DNA of 64,000 nt. It comes from Haplodiscus bocki (taxonomy: Eukaryota). A program made the position numbers and the translations under genes. The notes under the pieces are model-generated. The model saw only the letters and a program-made list of their open reading frames with translations. It was not told the origin of the DNA and searched no databases. Below, in pieces: positions 1 through 13,900 of the stretch. How positions within the stretch are numbered: the first letter of the stretch is position 1; each line of letters starts with the position of its first letter. The DNA lies in contig OZ296658.1 in assembly GCA_965655095.1 (NCBI GenBank), forward strand, positions 61,690,001-61,754,000, given 5' to 3'.

Positions 1-3000
1 CTGTTTCCTACTGGTGGCTGAAATGTTCGACAGCGTTGTCCAAAGTGCCTTTTACGAATACAGTGGAAGTTTTCCAGACGAAAACTTTTTTGCAGAAAGT
101 TTAATGTCATACACTTTTTCGGACATTGACCAACTAACTTACGGATTTCAGGGGAAAATATCACCTGGCTTTTCAGAATTGATTTCTACGTGACAACGGG
201 ATTGCATTGATGAAAATTATCTTTTCTGAAGCAAACAGGTGTTCAATTTGAAAATTTTTTTAAGACTTTGACAAAAACCTTCACTTTTTGGACGAAAAAG
301 TTTTGGCAGCATTGTCAAGACTGCGCTCTCTAACTCCAGACAAATTTTTGATGAAAGTATTTTTTTGGAAAACTCCTCAATCTTTTCTAAATTTCTGATT
401 TTAATGAAAAACAATCGCAGACATTTGACGCAAAAATTTTACCGACAGGGTTCGCAAAACTGAAATCTACGTGTCCAAACAATCATTTTGATAGAAAGTT
501 TCAAGAGAAAAACTCCATTATCCATTTCAGAATTCCAACGGAAACTCTTTGTACTTTTAGAGGGAAAATTGTTGCAGCTTTCTCAGAATTTCAGTGTATA
601 TGTTCAATAAAAAATTTTGCCTGGAAACAATTCATTTGGGAAGAATAAAAATTACCAAAACTATTGAGAAGTTGAGTTGAAAATTTTTGGATGTTTGGCG
701 CAATGAATTTGGCGGGGTTGTCAAAAGTGCTTTTCACGAGTCCAGAAGAATTTCTGAGGAAGAAAAGTTTTTTGGAGAAAATAAGTTCTCACAGGTATTC
801 TTGGACTTTGGACAAAAATCATAAACATTTGGCAAAAGATTATCGGCAGGGATGACAAATGTCAGTTCTACGTGTTCAAACAATCATTTCAAAGCATCTT
901 GACTGTTATAAAAACAGGTTTTCAATGAGATTCTTCGGAAATGAGAGAAAGAAATTTGGACCTCCTACGAATTTTTCTCGCCATGTTCGTTTTAAGTGTA
1001 GTTTATGTGTTCAGAGGAAGTTTTTGAAGAAAACTTTCCGGAGGGAGAGTTTTTTTTGGATTCGAGCAAATATTTTGTGGCCTTCAGAAAAAAATTCCAG
1101 CACCTTCGTCAACTTTGCATCTCAATTGCCCAGAGGAACTTTCTGACCTAAGACTTTCCAAAAGCAGAAAAAGTATATTTTTAATATTTTCCTGGGATTT
1201 GAGTGAAAATGCTTCGGAATTGACAAAAAGTTTCAGCATGTGGTCAAAAATGCATCCTACTTGTCCGGACAAAAATGTTGATGAAATTTTTTTCCTAAAA
1301 ACATGTTTCCATGAAAGATTTCCGATTTCGAGGAAAAAACTGTTTCCTACTGGTGGCTGAAAAGTTCGACAGCGTTGTCCAAAGTGCCTTTTACGAATAC
1401 AGTGGAAGTTTTCCAGACGAAAACTTTTTTGCAGAAAGTTTAATGTCATACACTTTTTCGGACATTGACCAACTAACTTACGGATTTCAGGGGAAAATAT
1501 CGCCTGGCTTTTCAGAATTGATTTCTACGTGACAACGGGATTGCATTGATGAAAATTATCTTTTCTGAAGCAAACAGGTGTTCAATTTGAAACTTTTTTT
1601 AAGACTTTGACAAAAACCTTCACTTTTTGGACGAAAAAGTTTTGGCAGCATTGTCAAGACTGCGCTCTCTAACTCCAGACAAATTTTTGATGAAAGTATT
1701 TTTTTGGAAAACTCCTCAATCTTTTCTAAATTTCTGATTTTAATGAAAAACAATCGCAGACATTTGACGCAAAAATTTTACCGACAGGGTTCGCAAAACT
1801 GAAATCTACGTGTCCAAACAATCATTTTGATGGAAAGTTTCATGAGAAAAACTCCATTATCCATTTCAGAATTCCAACGGAAACTCTTTGTACTTTTGAC
1901 AGAAAACTTCCGGCAAGTTTCTCAGAACTGCAGAGTATATGTGCAAGATAATGTTTTGCCTGGAAACAGTTCTTTTGGGAAGAATAGAATTTACCAGAAA
2001 CAAAGAGAACTTGAGCTGAAACTGTTTGGATGTTTGGCGCAATAAATTTGGCGGGGTTGTCAAAACTGCATTTCACAAGTCCAGATGATCCTTTGAGAAG
2101 AAATTTTTCTAGAGAAATTATGCTTTCACACGTATTCCTGGACTTTGAACAAAATTCATGGATAATTGTCAAAAAACAATCAGCAGGGATGACAAATGTC
2201 AGTTTTACGTGAGCAAGCAATCAACTCAAAGCAATTTGAATTTTTTGAAAAAAAAATGGTTTTCAATAGTTTACATCGGACATGAGAGAAAGACGTTTGG
2301 ATCTTTTACAAAATTTTTTCACCAAGTTCATTTAAATAAATTTATGTGTCCAGAGGAAGTTTTCGGAGAAAATTTTTCTGGAGGAAAGTTTTTTTTGGAT
2401 TTGAGCAAATTTTTTGTGAACTTCTGATAGGAACTTCCAGCACCTTCCTCAAAATTGCATTTCACATGCACAGTGGAATTTTTTGAAGAAAGGGTTTCTG
2501 AATGCAAAAAACAAATATTTTTGATATTTTCTTCGCATTTGAGTGAAAATACTTCGGAAATGACAGAAAGTTTCAGCTTGTGGTTAAAATTGCATCCTAA
2601 ATTGCCCGAACAAAAATCTTGAAAAACTTTTTTCTTCTGAATTATGTTTCCATGAAGGGTTTCCGAATTCGAAGAAAAGAATGTTTCTTACTATTGGCAA
2701 AAAACTTCGACAGCGTTGCCCAAAATGCCTCTTAAGAACACAGAGGAAAATTTCCAGACGAAAACTTTTTTGGATAAAGTTTAAAATCATAAACTTTTTC
2801 GGACATTGAACAAATACTTTATGTATTTCGGGGGAAATTGACGGCCATGTTTTCAAAATTCAGTTCTACCTGACAACAGGATTGTATTGAGGAAAAATTT
2901 CTTTTCTGAAGCAAACAGGTGTTCAAGAAAAACTTTTTTTAGTCTATGCCAAACGTTCAGATTTTCGATGAAAATTTTTGGCAGCGTTGTCATGACTGCG

Positions 3001-4914
3001 ATCTCGAACTCCAGACAAATTTTTGACGAAAGTATTTTTCTTTAAAATTCTTAATTCCATTCTAATTTTCTGACTTCAATATAAAACAATCACAGACATT
3101 TCGCGCAAAAAACTTATCGCCAGGGTTTGCAAAACTGAATTCAACGTGTCCAAACAATCATTTTGATAGAAATTTTCATGTAAAAACTCCGTTATCCATT
3201 TCAGACATCCAACGGAAACTCTTTCTACTTTTGGTGGAAAAATTTTGACAGATTTATCAGAACTGCAGTGTATATGTGTAAGAAAACATATTGCCTGGAA
3301 ACAGTTCGTTGGGGAAGAATAAAAGTAACCGAAAAAATTGAGAACTTGAGCTGAAATTGTTGGGATGTCTGGCGCAATGAATTTGGCAGGGTTGTCAAAA
3401 CTGCATGTTACGAGTCCAGACGAATTTTTGAGGAAGAATTTTTTTGAAGAAATTTTGTTTTCATACGTATTTTTGGACTTTGAACAAATTTCTTGGACAT
3501 TTGGCAAAAAACTATCAGCAGGGATGACAAATGTCAGTTTTACGTGTTGAAACAATCATTTCAAAGCCTTTTGATTTTTTTTAAAAAAAGTTTTCAAAAA
3601 TTTCACAGACAGGGTTCGCAAAACTGAAATCTACGTGTCCAAACAATCATTTTGATGGAAAGTTTCATGAGAAAAACTCCATTATCCATTTCAGAATTCC
3701 AACGGAAACTCTTTGTACTTTTAGAGGGAAAATTGTTGCAGCTTTCTCAGAATTTCAGTGTATATGTACAATAAAAAATTTTGCCTGGAAACAATTCATT
3801 TGGGAAGAATAAGAATTACCAAAAATATTGAGAAGTTGAGCTGAAAATTTTTGGATGTTTGGCGCAATGAATTTGGCGGGGTTGTCAAAAGTGCTTTTCA
3901 CGAGTCCAGACGACATTTTGAAGAAGAAATGTTTTTTGGAGAAAATAAGTTCTCACAGGTATTCTTGGACTTTGGACAAAAATCATAAACATTTGGCAAA
4001 AGATTATCAGCAGGTATGACAAATGTCAGTTCTACGTGTTCAAACAATCAATTCAAAGCACTTTGAATTTTTTGAAAAAAAATGGTTTTCAATAGTTTAC
4101 TTGGGACATGAGAGAAAGACGTTTGGACCTTTTTTGCGAAATTTTTTTGCCAAGGTCGGTTAAAATAAAATTCATGTGTCCAGAGGAAGTTTTCAGAAAA
4201 AATTTTCTTGAGGAAAATTGTTTTTTTTTGGGGTTTGAGCGAGTGTTTTTTGGACTTCGGAAAGAAAACTCCTAGTACCATCCTCAAATCTGCATTTCAT
4301 TTGCCCAGAGGATCTTTCAGAGAAAAACCTTTCTAAAAGGGAAAAAAATGATATTTTCTGAAATTTTCTCCGGGTTTGAGTGAAAATGCTTCGGAATTGA
4401 CAAGAAGTGTCAGCATATGGGCAAATTGAGTCCTATTTGTCCGGACAAAAGTTTTGAAGATAGTTTTTTTTCTAAAAATATGTTTCCATGAAGGATTTCC
4501 GGTTTCGAAGAAAAATATGTTTCCAACTGGTGATAGAAAATTCCGGCAGCGTTGTCCAAAGTCCAAAGTGCCTTTTACGAATTTACAAATACAGAGGAAG
4601 CTTTCCAAACGAGAACTTTTTTGCAAAACGTTTAATGTCATACACTTTTTTGAACATTGAACAAATAATTTCTGGCTTTCGGAGGAAAATATCGGCCGGT
4701 TTTCAAAATTCAATTCTACGTGACAACAGGAGTGCATTGATGAAAATTGTCTTTTTTGAAGCAAACAGGTGTTTATTTTTAAAAAAATACTTTGAGACTA
4801 TGCCAACAACGTTCAGATTTTGGGCGAAAAAGTTTGGCAGCGTTGTCGAGACTGCGCTCTCGAACTCCAGACAAAATTTTGACGAAAGTAATTTTTTGGA
4901 AAACTCCGAATACC

Positions 4915-7900
4915 ATTCTAAATTTCTGACTTTAATAATATACAATCACAGACATTTGGCTTGGAAAATTTATCGACAGGGTTTTCAAAACTGCATTGTA
5001 CGGGTCCAAACACTATTTTGAGGGAAAGTTTCACGAGAAAAACTCCAATATCCGTTTCAGACATCCTACGAAAAGTTTTTGTTGTTTTGGCGAAAAAATT
5101 CCAGCATGTTTGTCAGAACTGAAGTGTTTATGTACAAGAAAACATATTGCCTGGAAACAGTTCATTTGGGAAGAATAAAAGTAAGCAAAAAATTGAGAAT
5201 TTGCTCTGAAGTTGTTGTGGATGTTTGGCGGAATAAATTTGGCAGTGTTGTCAAAACTGCATGTTACGAGTCAAGACGAATTTTTGAGGAAGAAGTTTTT
5301 TTGGAGAATTTTTGTTTTCATTCGTTTTCTTGGACTTTGAACAAAAGTCTTGGACATTTGGCAAAAAACTATCAGCAGGGATGACAAATGTCAGTTTTAC
5401 GTGTTGAAACAATCATTTCAAAGCCTTTTGATTTTTGAAAAAAATAGTTTTCAATAAATTTCTTCGGACATGAGAGAAAGAATTTTGGACCTTTTCCGAA
5501 TTTTTTTCGCCAAGGTCGGTTTAAATACAATTTATGTGTCCAGAGGAAGTTTTCAGAAAAAATTTTCTTGAGGAAAAATTTATTTTTTTTTGGGATTTGA
5601 GTGAGTATTTTGTGGACTTCGGAAAGAAACCCTCCAGCACCATCTTCAAAAACTGATATTTTCCAACATTTTCTTCGAATTTAAGTGAAAATGCTTCAGA
5701 ATTGACAAAAAGTTTCAGCATGTGGTCAAAAATGCGTCATACTTGCCGGACAAAGGTCTTGGAGAATGTTTTTTTTCTAAAAATATGTTTCCATAAAAAA
5801 TTTCCGATTTCGAGGAAAAGTATGTTTCCAAGTGGTGGCAAAAATGTACGGCAGCGTTGTCCAAAGTACCTTTTACCAATCCAGAAGAATTTTTCCAGAC
5901 AAAAACTTTTATGGGAAAGTTTGATTTCATACACTTTCTCGAACATTGAACAAACAACTTATCAATTTCGGGGAAAAATTGTCGGCCGGGTTTTCAAAGT
6001 TCACTTCTACGTGACAACATGATTGCTTTGATGAAAATTATCTTATCCGAAGCAAACATTTGTTTAATTTAAAAATTTTTGAGAGACTTTGCCAAAAACG
6101 TTCAGATTTTGGACGAAAAGTTTTGGCAGCGTTGTCTAAATTGCGCTTTCGAACTCCAGACAAATTTTTGTTGATTTTGTTTTTCGGAAAACTCCTGATT
6201 CCACTCTAAATTTCTGACTTTAGTAATATACAATCACAGACATTTGGCTTGGAAAATTTACCGACAGGGTTTTCAAAACTGCATTGTACGGGTCCAAACA
6301 CTATTTTGAGGGAAAGTTTCACAAGGAAAACTCCAATATCCGTTTCAGACATCCTACGGAAAATTTTTGTGGTTTTGGCGAAAAAATTCCAGCATATTTG
6401 TCAGAACTGAAGTGTTTATGTACAAGAAAACATATTGCCTGGAAACAGTTCATTTGGGAAGAATAAAAGTAACCAAAAATTTGAGAATTTGCGCTGAAGT
6501 TGTTGGGGGTGTTTGGCGGAATAAATTTGGCAGTGTTGTCAAAACTGCATGTTACGAGTCAAGACGAATTTTTGAGGAAGAAGTTTATTAGGAGAATTTT
6601 TGTTTTCATTCGTTTTCTTGGACTTTGAACAAAAGTCTTGGACATTTGGCAAAAAACTATCAGCAGGAATGACAAATGTCAGTTTTACGTGTTGAAACAA
6701 TCATTTCAAAGCTTTTTGATTTTTTAAAAAAAGAGTTTTCAATAAATTTCTTCGGACATGAGAGAAAGAAGTATGGACCTTTTCCGAATTTTTTTCGCCA
6801 AGGTCGGTTAAAATACAATTTATGTGTCCAGAGGAAGTTTTCAGAAAAAATTTTCTTGAGGAAAAAGTTATTTTTTTTTGGGATTTGAGCGAGTATTTTG
6901 TGGACTTCGGAAAGAAACCCTCCAGCACCATCTTCAAAAACTGATATTTTCCAACATTTTCTTCGAATTTAAGTGAAAATGCTTCAGAATTGACAAAAAG
7001 TTTCAGCATGTGGTCAAAAATGCGTCATACTTGCCGGACAAAGGTCTTGGAGAATGTTTTTTTTCTAAAAATATGTTTCCATAAAAAATTTCCGATTTCG
7101 AGGAAAAGTATGTTTCCAAGTGGTGGCAAAAATGTACGGCAGCGTTGTCCAAAGTACCTTTTACCAATCCAGAAGAATTTTTCCAGACAAAAACTTTTAT
7201 GGGAAAGTTTGATTTCATACACTTTCTCGAACATTGAACAAACAACTTATCAATTTCGGGGAAAAATTGTCGGCCGGGTTTTCAAAGTTCACTTCTACGT
7301 GACAACATGATTGCTTTGATGAAAATTATCTTATCCGAAGCAAACATTTGTTTAATTTAAAATTTTTTAGAGACTTTGCCAAAAACGTTCAGATTTTGGA
7401 CGAAAAGTTTTGGTAGCGTTGTCTAAATTGCGCTTTCGAACTCCAGACAAATTTTTGTTGATTTTGTTTTTCGGAAAACTCCTGATTCCACTCTAAATTT
7501 CTGACTTTAGTAATATACAATCACAGACATTTGGCTTGGAAAATTTACCGACAGGGTTTTCAAAACTGCATTGTACGGGTCCAAACACTATTTTGAGGGA
7601 AAGTTTCACAAGAAAAACTCCAATATCCGTTTCAGACATCCTACGGAAAATTTTTGTGGTTTTGGCGAAAAAATTCCAGCATGTTTGTCAGAACTGAAGT
7701 GTTTATGTACAAGAAAACATATTGCCTGGAAACAGTTCATTTGGGAAGAATAAAAGTAACCAAAAATTTGAGAATTTGCGCTGAAGTTGTTGGGGGTGTT
7801 TGGCGGAATAAATTTGGCAGTGTTGTCAAAACTGCATGTTACGAGTCAAGACGAATTTTTGAGGAAGAAGTTTATTAGGAGAATTTTTGTTTTCATTCGT

Positions 7901-10900
7901 TTTCTTGGACTTTGAACAAAAGTCTTGGACATTTGGCAAAAAACTATCAGCAGGAATGACAAATGTCAGTTTTACGTGTTGAAACAATCATTTCAAAGCT
8001 TTTTGATTTTTTAAAAAAAGAGTTTTCAATAAATTTCTTCGGACATGAGAGAAAGAAGTATGGACCTTTTCCGAATTTTTTTCGCCAAGGTCGGTTAAAA
8101 TACAATTTATGTGTCCAGAGGAAGTTTTCAGAAAAAATTTTCTTGAGGAAAATTTTATTTTTTTTTTGGGATTTGAGCGAGTATTTTGTGGACTTCGGAA
8201 AGAAACCCTCCAGCACCATCTTCAAAAACTGATATTTTCCAACATTTTCTTCGAATTTAAGTGAAAATGCTTCAGAATTGACAAAAAGTTTCAGCATGTG
8301 GTCAAAAATGCGTCATACTTGCCGGAAAAAATTCTTGAAGAAAGCTTTTTTTCTAAAAATATGTTTCCATAAAAAATTTCCGATTTCGAGGAAAAGAATG
8401 TTTCCAAGTAGTGGCAAAAATGTACGGCAGCGTTGTCCAAAGTACCTTTTACCAATCCAGAAGAATTTTTCCAGACAAAAACTTTTATGGGAAAGTTTGA
8501 TTTCATACACTTTCTCGAACATTGAACAAACAACTTATCGATTTCGGGAAAAAATTGTCGGCCGGGTTTTCAAAGTTCACTTCTACGTGACAACATGATT
8601 GCTTTGATGAAAATTATCTTATCCGAAGCAAACATTTGTTTAATTTAAAAATTTTTTAGAGACTTTGCCAAAAACGTTCAGATTTTGGACGAAAAGTTTT
8701 GGCAGCGTTGTCTAAATTGCGCTTTCGAACTCCAGACAAATTTTTGTTGATTTTGTTTTTCGGAAAACTCCTGATTCCACTCTAAATTTCTGACTTTAGT
8801 AATATACAATCACAGACATTTGGCTTGGAAAATTTACCGACAGGGTTTTCAAAACTGCATTGTACGGGTCCAAACACTATTTTGAGGGAAAGTTTCACAA
8901 GGAAAACTCCAATATCCGTTTCAGACATCCTACGGAAAATTTTTGTGGTTTTGGCGAAAAAATTCCAGCATGTTTGTCAGAACTGAAGTGTTTATGTACA
9001 AGAAAACATATTGCCTGGAAACAGTTCATTTGGGAAGAATAAAAGTAACCAAAAATTTGAGAATTTGCGCTGAAGTTGTTGGGGGTGTTTGGCGGAATAA
9101 ATTTGGCAGTGTTGTCAAAACTGCATGTTACGAGTCAAGACGAATTTTTGAGGAAGAAGTTTATTAGGAGAATTTTTGTTTTCATTCGTTTTCTTGGACT
9201 TTGAACAAAAGTCTTGGACATTTGGCAAAAAACTATCAGCAGGGATGACAAATGTCAGTTTTACGTGTTGAAACAATCATTTCAAAGCCTTTTGATTTTT
9301 GAAAAAAATAGTTTTCAATAAATTTCTTCGGACATGAGAGAAAGAAGTTTGGACCTTTTCCGAATTTTTTTCGCCAAGGTCGGTTAAAATACAATTTATG
9401 TGTCCAGAGGAAGTTTTCAGAAAAAATTTTCTTGAGGAAAATTTTATTTTTTTTGGGATTTGAGCGAGTATTTTGTGGACTTCGGAAAGAAACCCTCCAG
9501 CACCATCTTCAAAAACTGATATTTTCCAACATTTTCTTCGAATTTAAGTGGAAATGCTTCAGAATTGACAAAAAGTTTCAGCATGTGGTCAAAAAGGCGT
9601 CATACTTGCCGGACAAAAGTCTTGGAGAATGTTTTTTTTCTAAAAATATGTTTCCATAAAAAAAATCCGATTTCGAGGAAAAGAATGTTTCCAACTAGTG
9701 GCAAAAATGTACGGCAGCGTTGTCCAAAGTACCTTTTACCAATCCAGAGGAATTTTTCTAGAGAAAAACTTTTTTGGGAAAGTTTGATTTCATACACTTT
9801 CTCGAACATTAAACAAACAACTTATCGATTTCGGGAAAAAATTGTCGGCCGGGTTTTCAAAGTTCACTTCTACGTGACAACATGATTGCTTTGATGAAAA
9901 TTATCTTATCCGAAGCAAACATTTGTTTAATTTAAAAAATTTTCGGAGACTTTGCCAAAAACGTTCAGATTTTGGACAAAAATTTGGCAGCGATGTCTAA
10001 ATTGCGCTTTCGAACTCCAGACAAATTTCTGTTGATTTTGTTTTTCGGAAAACTCCTGATTCCATTCTAAATTTCTGACTTTAATAATATACAATCACAG
10101 ACATTTGGCTTGGAAAATTTATCGACAGGGTTTTCAAAACTGCATTGTACGGGTCCAAACACTATTTTGAGGGAAAGTTGCACGAAAAAAACTCCAATAT
10201 CCGTTTCAGACATCCTACGAAAAGTTTTTGAGGTTTTGGCGAAAAAATTCCAGCATGTTTGTCAGAACTGAAGTGTTTATGTACAAGAAAACATATTGCC
10301 TGGAAACAGTTCATTTGGGAAGAAGAAAAGTAACCAAAAATTTGAGAATTTGCGCTGAAGTTGTTGGGGATGTTTGGCGGAATAATTTTGGCAGTGTTGT
10401 CAAAACTGCATGTTACGAGTCCAGACGATTTTTTGATTAAGATGTTTTTTGGAGAATTTTTGTTTTCATTCGTTTTCTTGGACTTTGAACAAAAGTCTCG
10501 GACATTTGGCAAAAAACTATCAGCAGGGATGACAAATGTCAGTTTTACGTGTTGAAACAATCATTTCAAAGCCTTTTGATTTTTTAAGAAAATAGTTTTC
10601 AATAAATTTTTTCGGACATGAGAGAAAAAAGTTTGGACCTTTTCCGAATTTTTTTCGCCAAGGTCGGTTAAAATACAATTTATGTGTCCAGAGGAAGTTT
10701 TCAAAAAAAAATTTCTTGAGGAAAATTTTTTTTTGGGATTTGAGCGAGTATTTTGTGGACTTCGGAAAGAAACCCTCCAGCACCATCTTCAAAAACTGAT
10801 ATTTTCCAACATTTTCTTCGAATTTAAGTGGAAATGCTTCAGAATTGACAAAAAGTTTCAGCATGTGGTCAAAAATGCGTCATACTTGCCGGACAAAGGT

Positions 10901-13900
10901 CTTGGAGAATGTTTTTTTTCTAAAAATATGTTTCCATAAAAAATTTCCGATTTCGAGGAAAAGTATGTTTCCAAGTGGTGGCAAAAATGTACGGCAGCGT
11001 TGTCCAAAGTACCTTTTACCAATCCAGAAGAATTTTTCCAGACAAAAACTTTTATGGGAAAGTTTGATTTCATACACTTTCTCGAACATTAAACAAACAA
11101 CTTATCGATTTCGGGAAAAAATTGTCGGCCGGGTTTTCAAAGTTCACTTCTACGTGACAACATGATTGCTTTGATGAAAATTATCTGATCCGAAGCAAAC
11201 ATTTGTTTAATTTAAAAAATTTTCAGAGACTTTGCTAAAAACGTTCAGATTTTGGACAAAAATTTTGGCAGCGATGTCTAAATTGCGCTTTCGAACTCCA
11301 GACAAATTTCTGTTGATTTTGTTTTTCGGAAAACTCCTGATTCCATTCTAAATTTCTGACTTTAATAATATACAATGACAGACATTTGGCTTGGAAAATT
11401 TATCGACAGGGTTTTCAAAACTGCATTGTACGGGTCCAAACACTATTTTGAGGGAAAGTTTCACAAGGAAAACTCCAATATCCGTTTCAGACATCCTACG
11501 GAAAATTTTTGTGGTTTTGGCGAAAAAATTCCAGCATGTTTGTCAGAACTGAAGTGTTTATGTACAAGAAAACATATTGCCTGGAAACAGTTCATTTGGG
11601 AAGAATAAAAGTAACCAAAAATTTGAGAATTTGCGCTGAAGTTGTTGGGGGTGTTTGGCGGAATAAATTTGGCAGTGTTGTCAAAACTGCATGTTACGAG
11701 TCAAGACGAATTTTTGAGGAAGAAGTTTATTAGGAGAATTTTTGTTTTCATTCGTTTTCTTGGACTTTGAACAAAAGTCTTGGACATTTGGCAAAAAACT
11801 ATCAGCAGGAATGACAAATGTCAGTTTTACGTGTTGAAACAATCATTTCAAAGCTTTTTGATTTTTTAAAAAAAGAGTTTTCAATAAATTTCTTCGGACA
11901 TGAGAGAAAGAAGTATGGACCTTTTCCGAATTTTTCTCGCCAAGGTCGGTTAAAATACAATTTATGTGTCCAGAGGAAGTTTTCAGAAAAAATTTTCTTG
12001 AGGAAAATTTTATTTTTTTTTGGGATTTGAGCGAGTATTTTGTGGACTTCGGAAAGAAACCCTCCAGCACCATCTTCAAAAACTGATATTTTCCAACATT
12101 TTCTTCGAATTGAAGTGAAAATGTTTCAGAATTGACAAAAAGTTTCAGCATGTGGTCAAAAATGCGTCATACTTGCCGGACAAAAGTCTTGGAGAATGTT
12201 TTTTTTCTAAAAATATGTTTCCATAAAAAAAATCCGATTTCGAGGAAAAGAATGTTTCCAACTAGTGGCAAAAATGTACGGCAGCGTTGTCCAAAGTACC
12301 TTTTACCAATCCAGAGGAATTTTTCTAGACAAAAACTTTTTTTGGAAAGTTTGATTTCATACACTTTCTCGAACATTAAACAAACAACTTATCGATTTCG
12401 GGAAAAAATTGTCGGCCGGGTTTTCAAAGTTCACTTCTACGTGACAACATGATTGCTTTGATGAAAATTATCTTATCCGAAGCAAACATTTGTTTAATTT
12501 AAAAAATTTTCAGAGACTTTGCTAAAAACGTTCAGATTTTGGACAAAAATTTTGGCAGCGATGTCTAAATTGCGCTTTCGAACTCCAGACAAATTTCTCT
12601 TGATTTTGTTTTTCGGAAAACTCCTGATTCCATTCTAAATTTCTGACTTTAATAATCTACAATCACAGACATTTGGCTTGGAAAATTTATCGACAGGGTT
12701 TTCAAAACTGCATTGTACGGGTCCAAACACTATTTTGAGGGAAAGTTTCACGAAAAAAACTCCAATATCCGTTTCAGACATCCTACGAAAAGTTTTTGTG
12801 GTTTTGGCGAAAAAATTCCAGCATGTTTGTCAGAACTGAAGTGTTTATGTACAAGAAAACATATTGCCTGGAAACAGTTCATTTGGGAAGAATAAAAGTA
12901 ACCAAAAATTTGAGAATTTGCGCTGAAGTTGTTGGGGGTGTTTGGCGGAATAAATTTGGCAGTGTTGTCAAAACTGCATGTTACGAGTCAAGACGAATTT
13001 TTGAGGAAGAAGTTTATTAGGAGAATTTTTGTTTTCATTCGTTTTCTTGGACTTTGAACAAAAGTCTTGGACATTTGGCAAAAAACTATCTGCAGGAATG
13101 GCAAATGTCAGTTTTACGTGTTGAAACAATCATTTCAAAGCTTTTTGATTTTTTAAAAAAAGAGTTTTCAATAAATTTCTTCGGACATGAGAGAAAGAAG
13201 TATGGACCTTTTCCGAATTTTTTTTCGCCAAGGTCGGTTAAAATACAATTTATGTGTCCAGAGGAAGTTTTCAGAAAAAATTTTCTTGAGGAAAATTTTA
13301 TTTTTTTTTTGGGATTTGAGCGAGTATTTTGTGGACTTCGGAAAGAAACCCTCCAGCACCATCTTCAAAAACTGATATTTTCCAACATTTTCTTCGAATT
13401 GAAGTGAAAATGTTTCAGAATTGACAAAAAGTTTCAGCATGTGGTCAAAAATGCGTCATACTTGCCGGACAAAGGTCTTGGAGAATGTTTTTTTCTAAAA
13501 ATATGTTTCCATAAAAAAAATCCGATTTCGAGGAAAAAATGTTTCCAAGTAGTGGCAAAAATGTACGGCAGCGTTGTCCAAAGTACCTTTTACCAATCCA
13601 GAGGAATTTCTCTAGACAAGAACTTTTTTTGGAAAGTTTGATTTCATACACTTTCTCGAACATTAAACAAACAACTTATCGATTTCGGGAAAAAATTGTC
13701 GGCCGGGTTTTCAAAGTTCACTTCTACGTGACAACATGATTGCTTTGATGAAAATTATCTTATCCGAAGCAAACATTTGTTTAATTTAAAAAATTTTCAG
13801 AGACTTTGCTAAAAACGTTCAGATTTTGGACAAAAATTTTGGCAGCGATGTCTAAATTGCGCTTTCGAACTCCAGACAAATTTCTCTTGATTTTGTTTTT

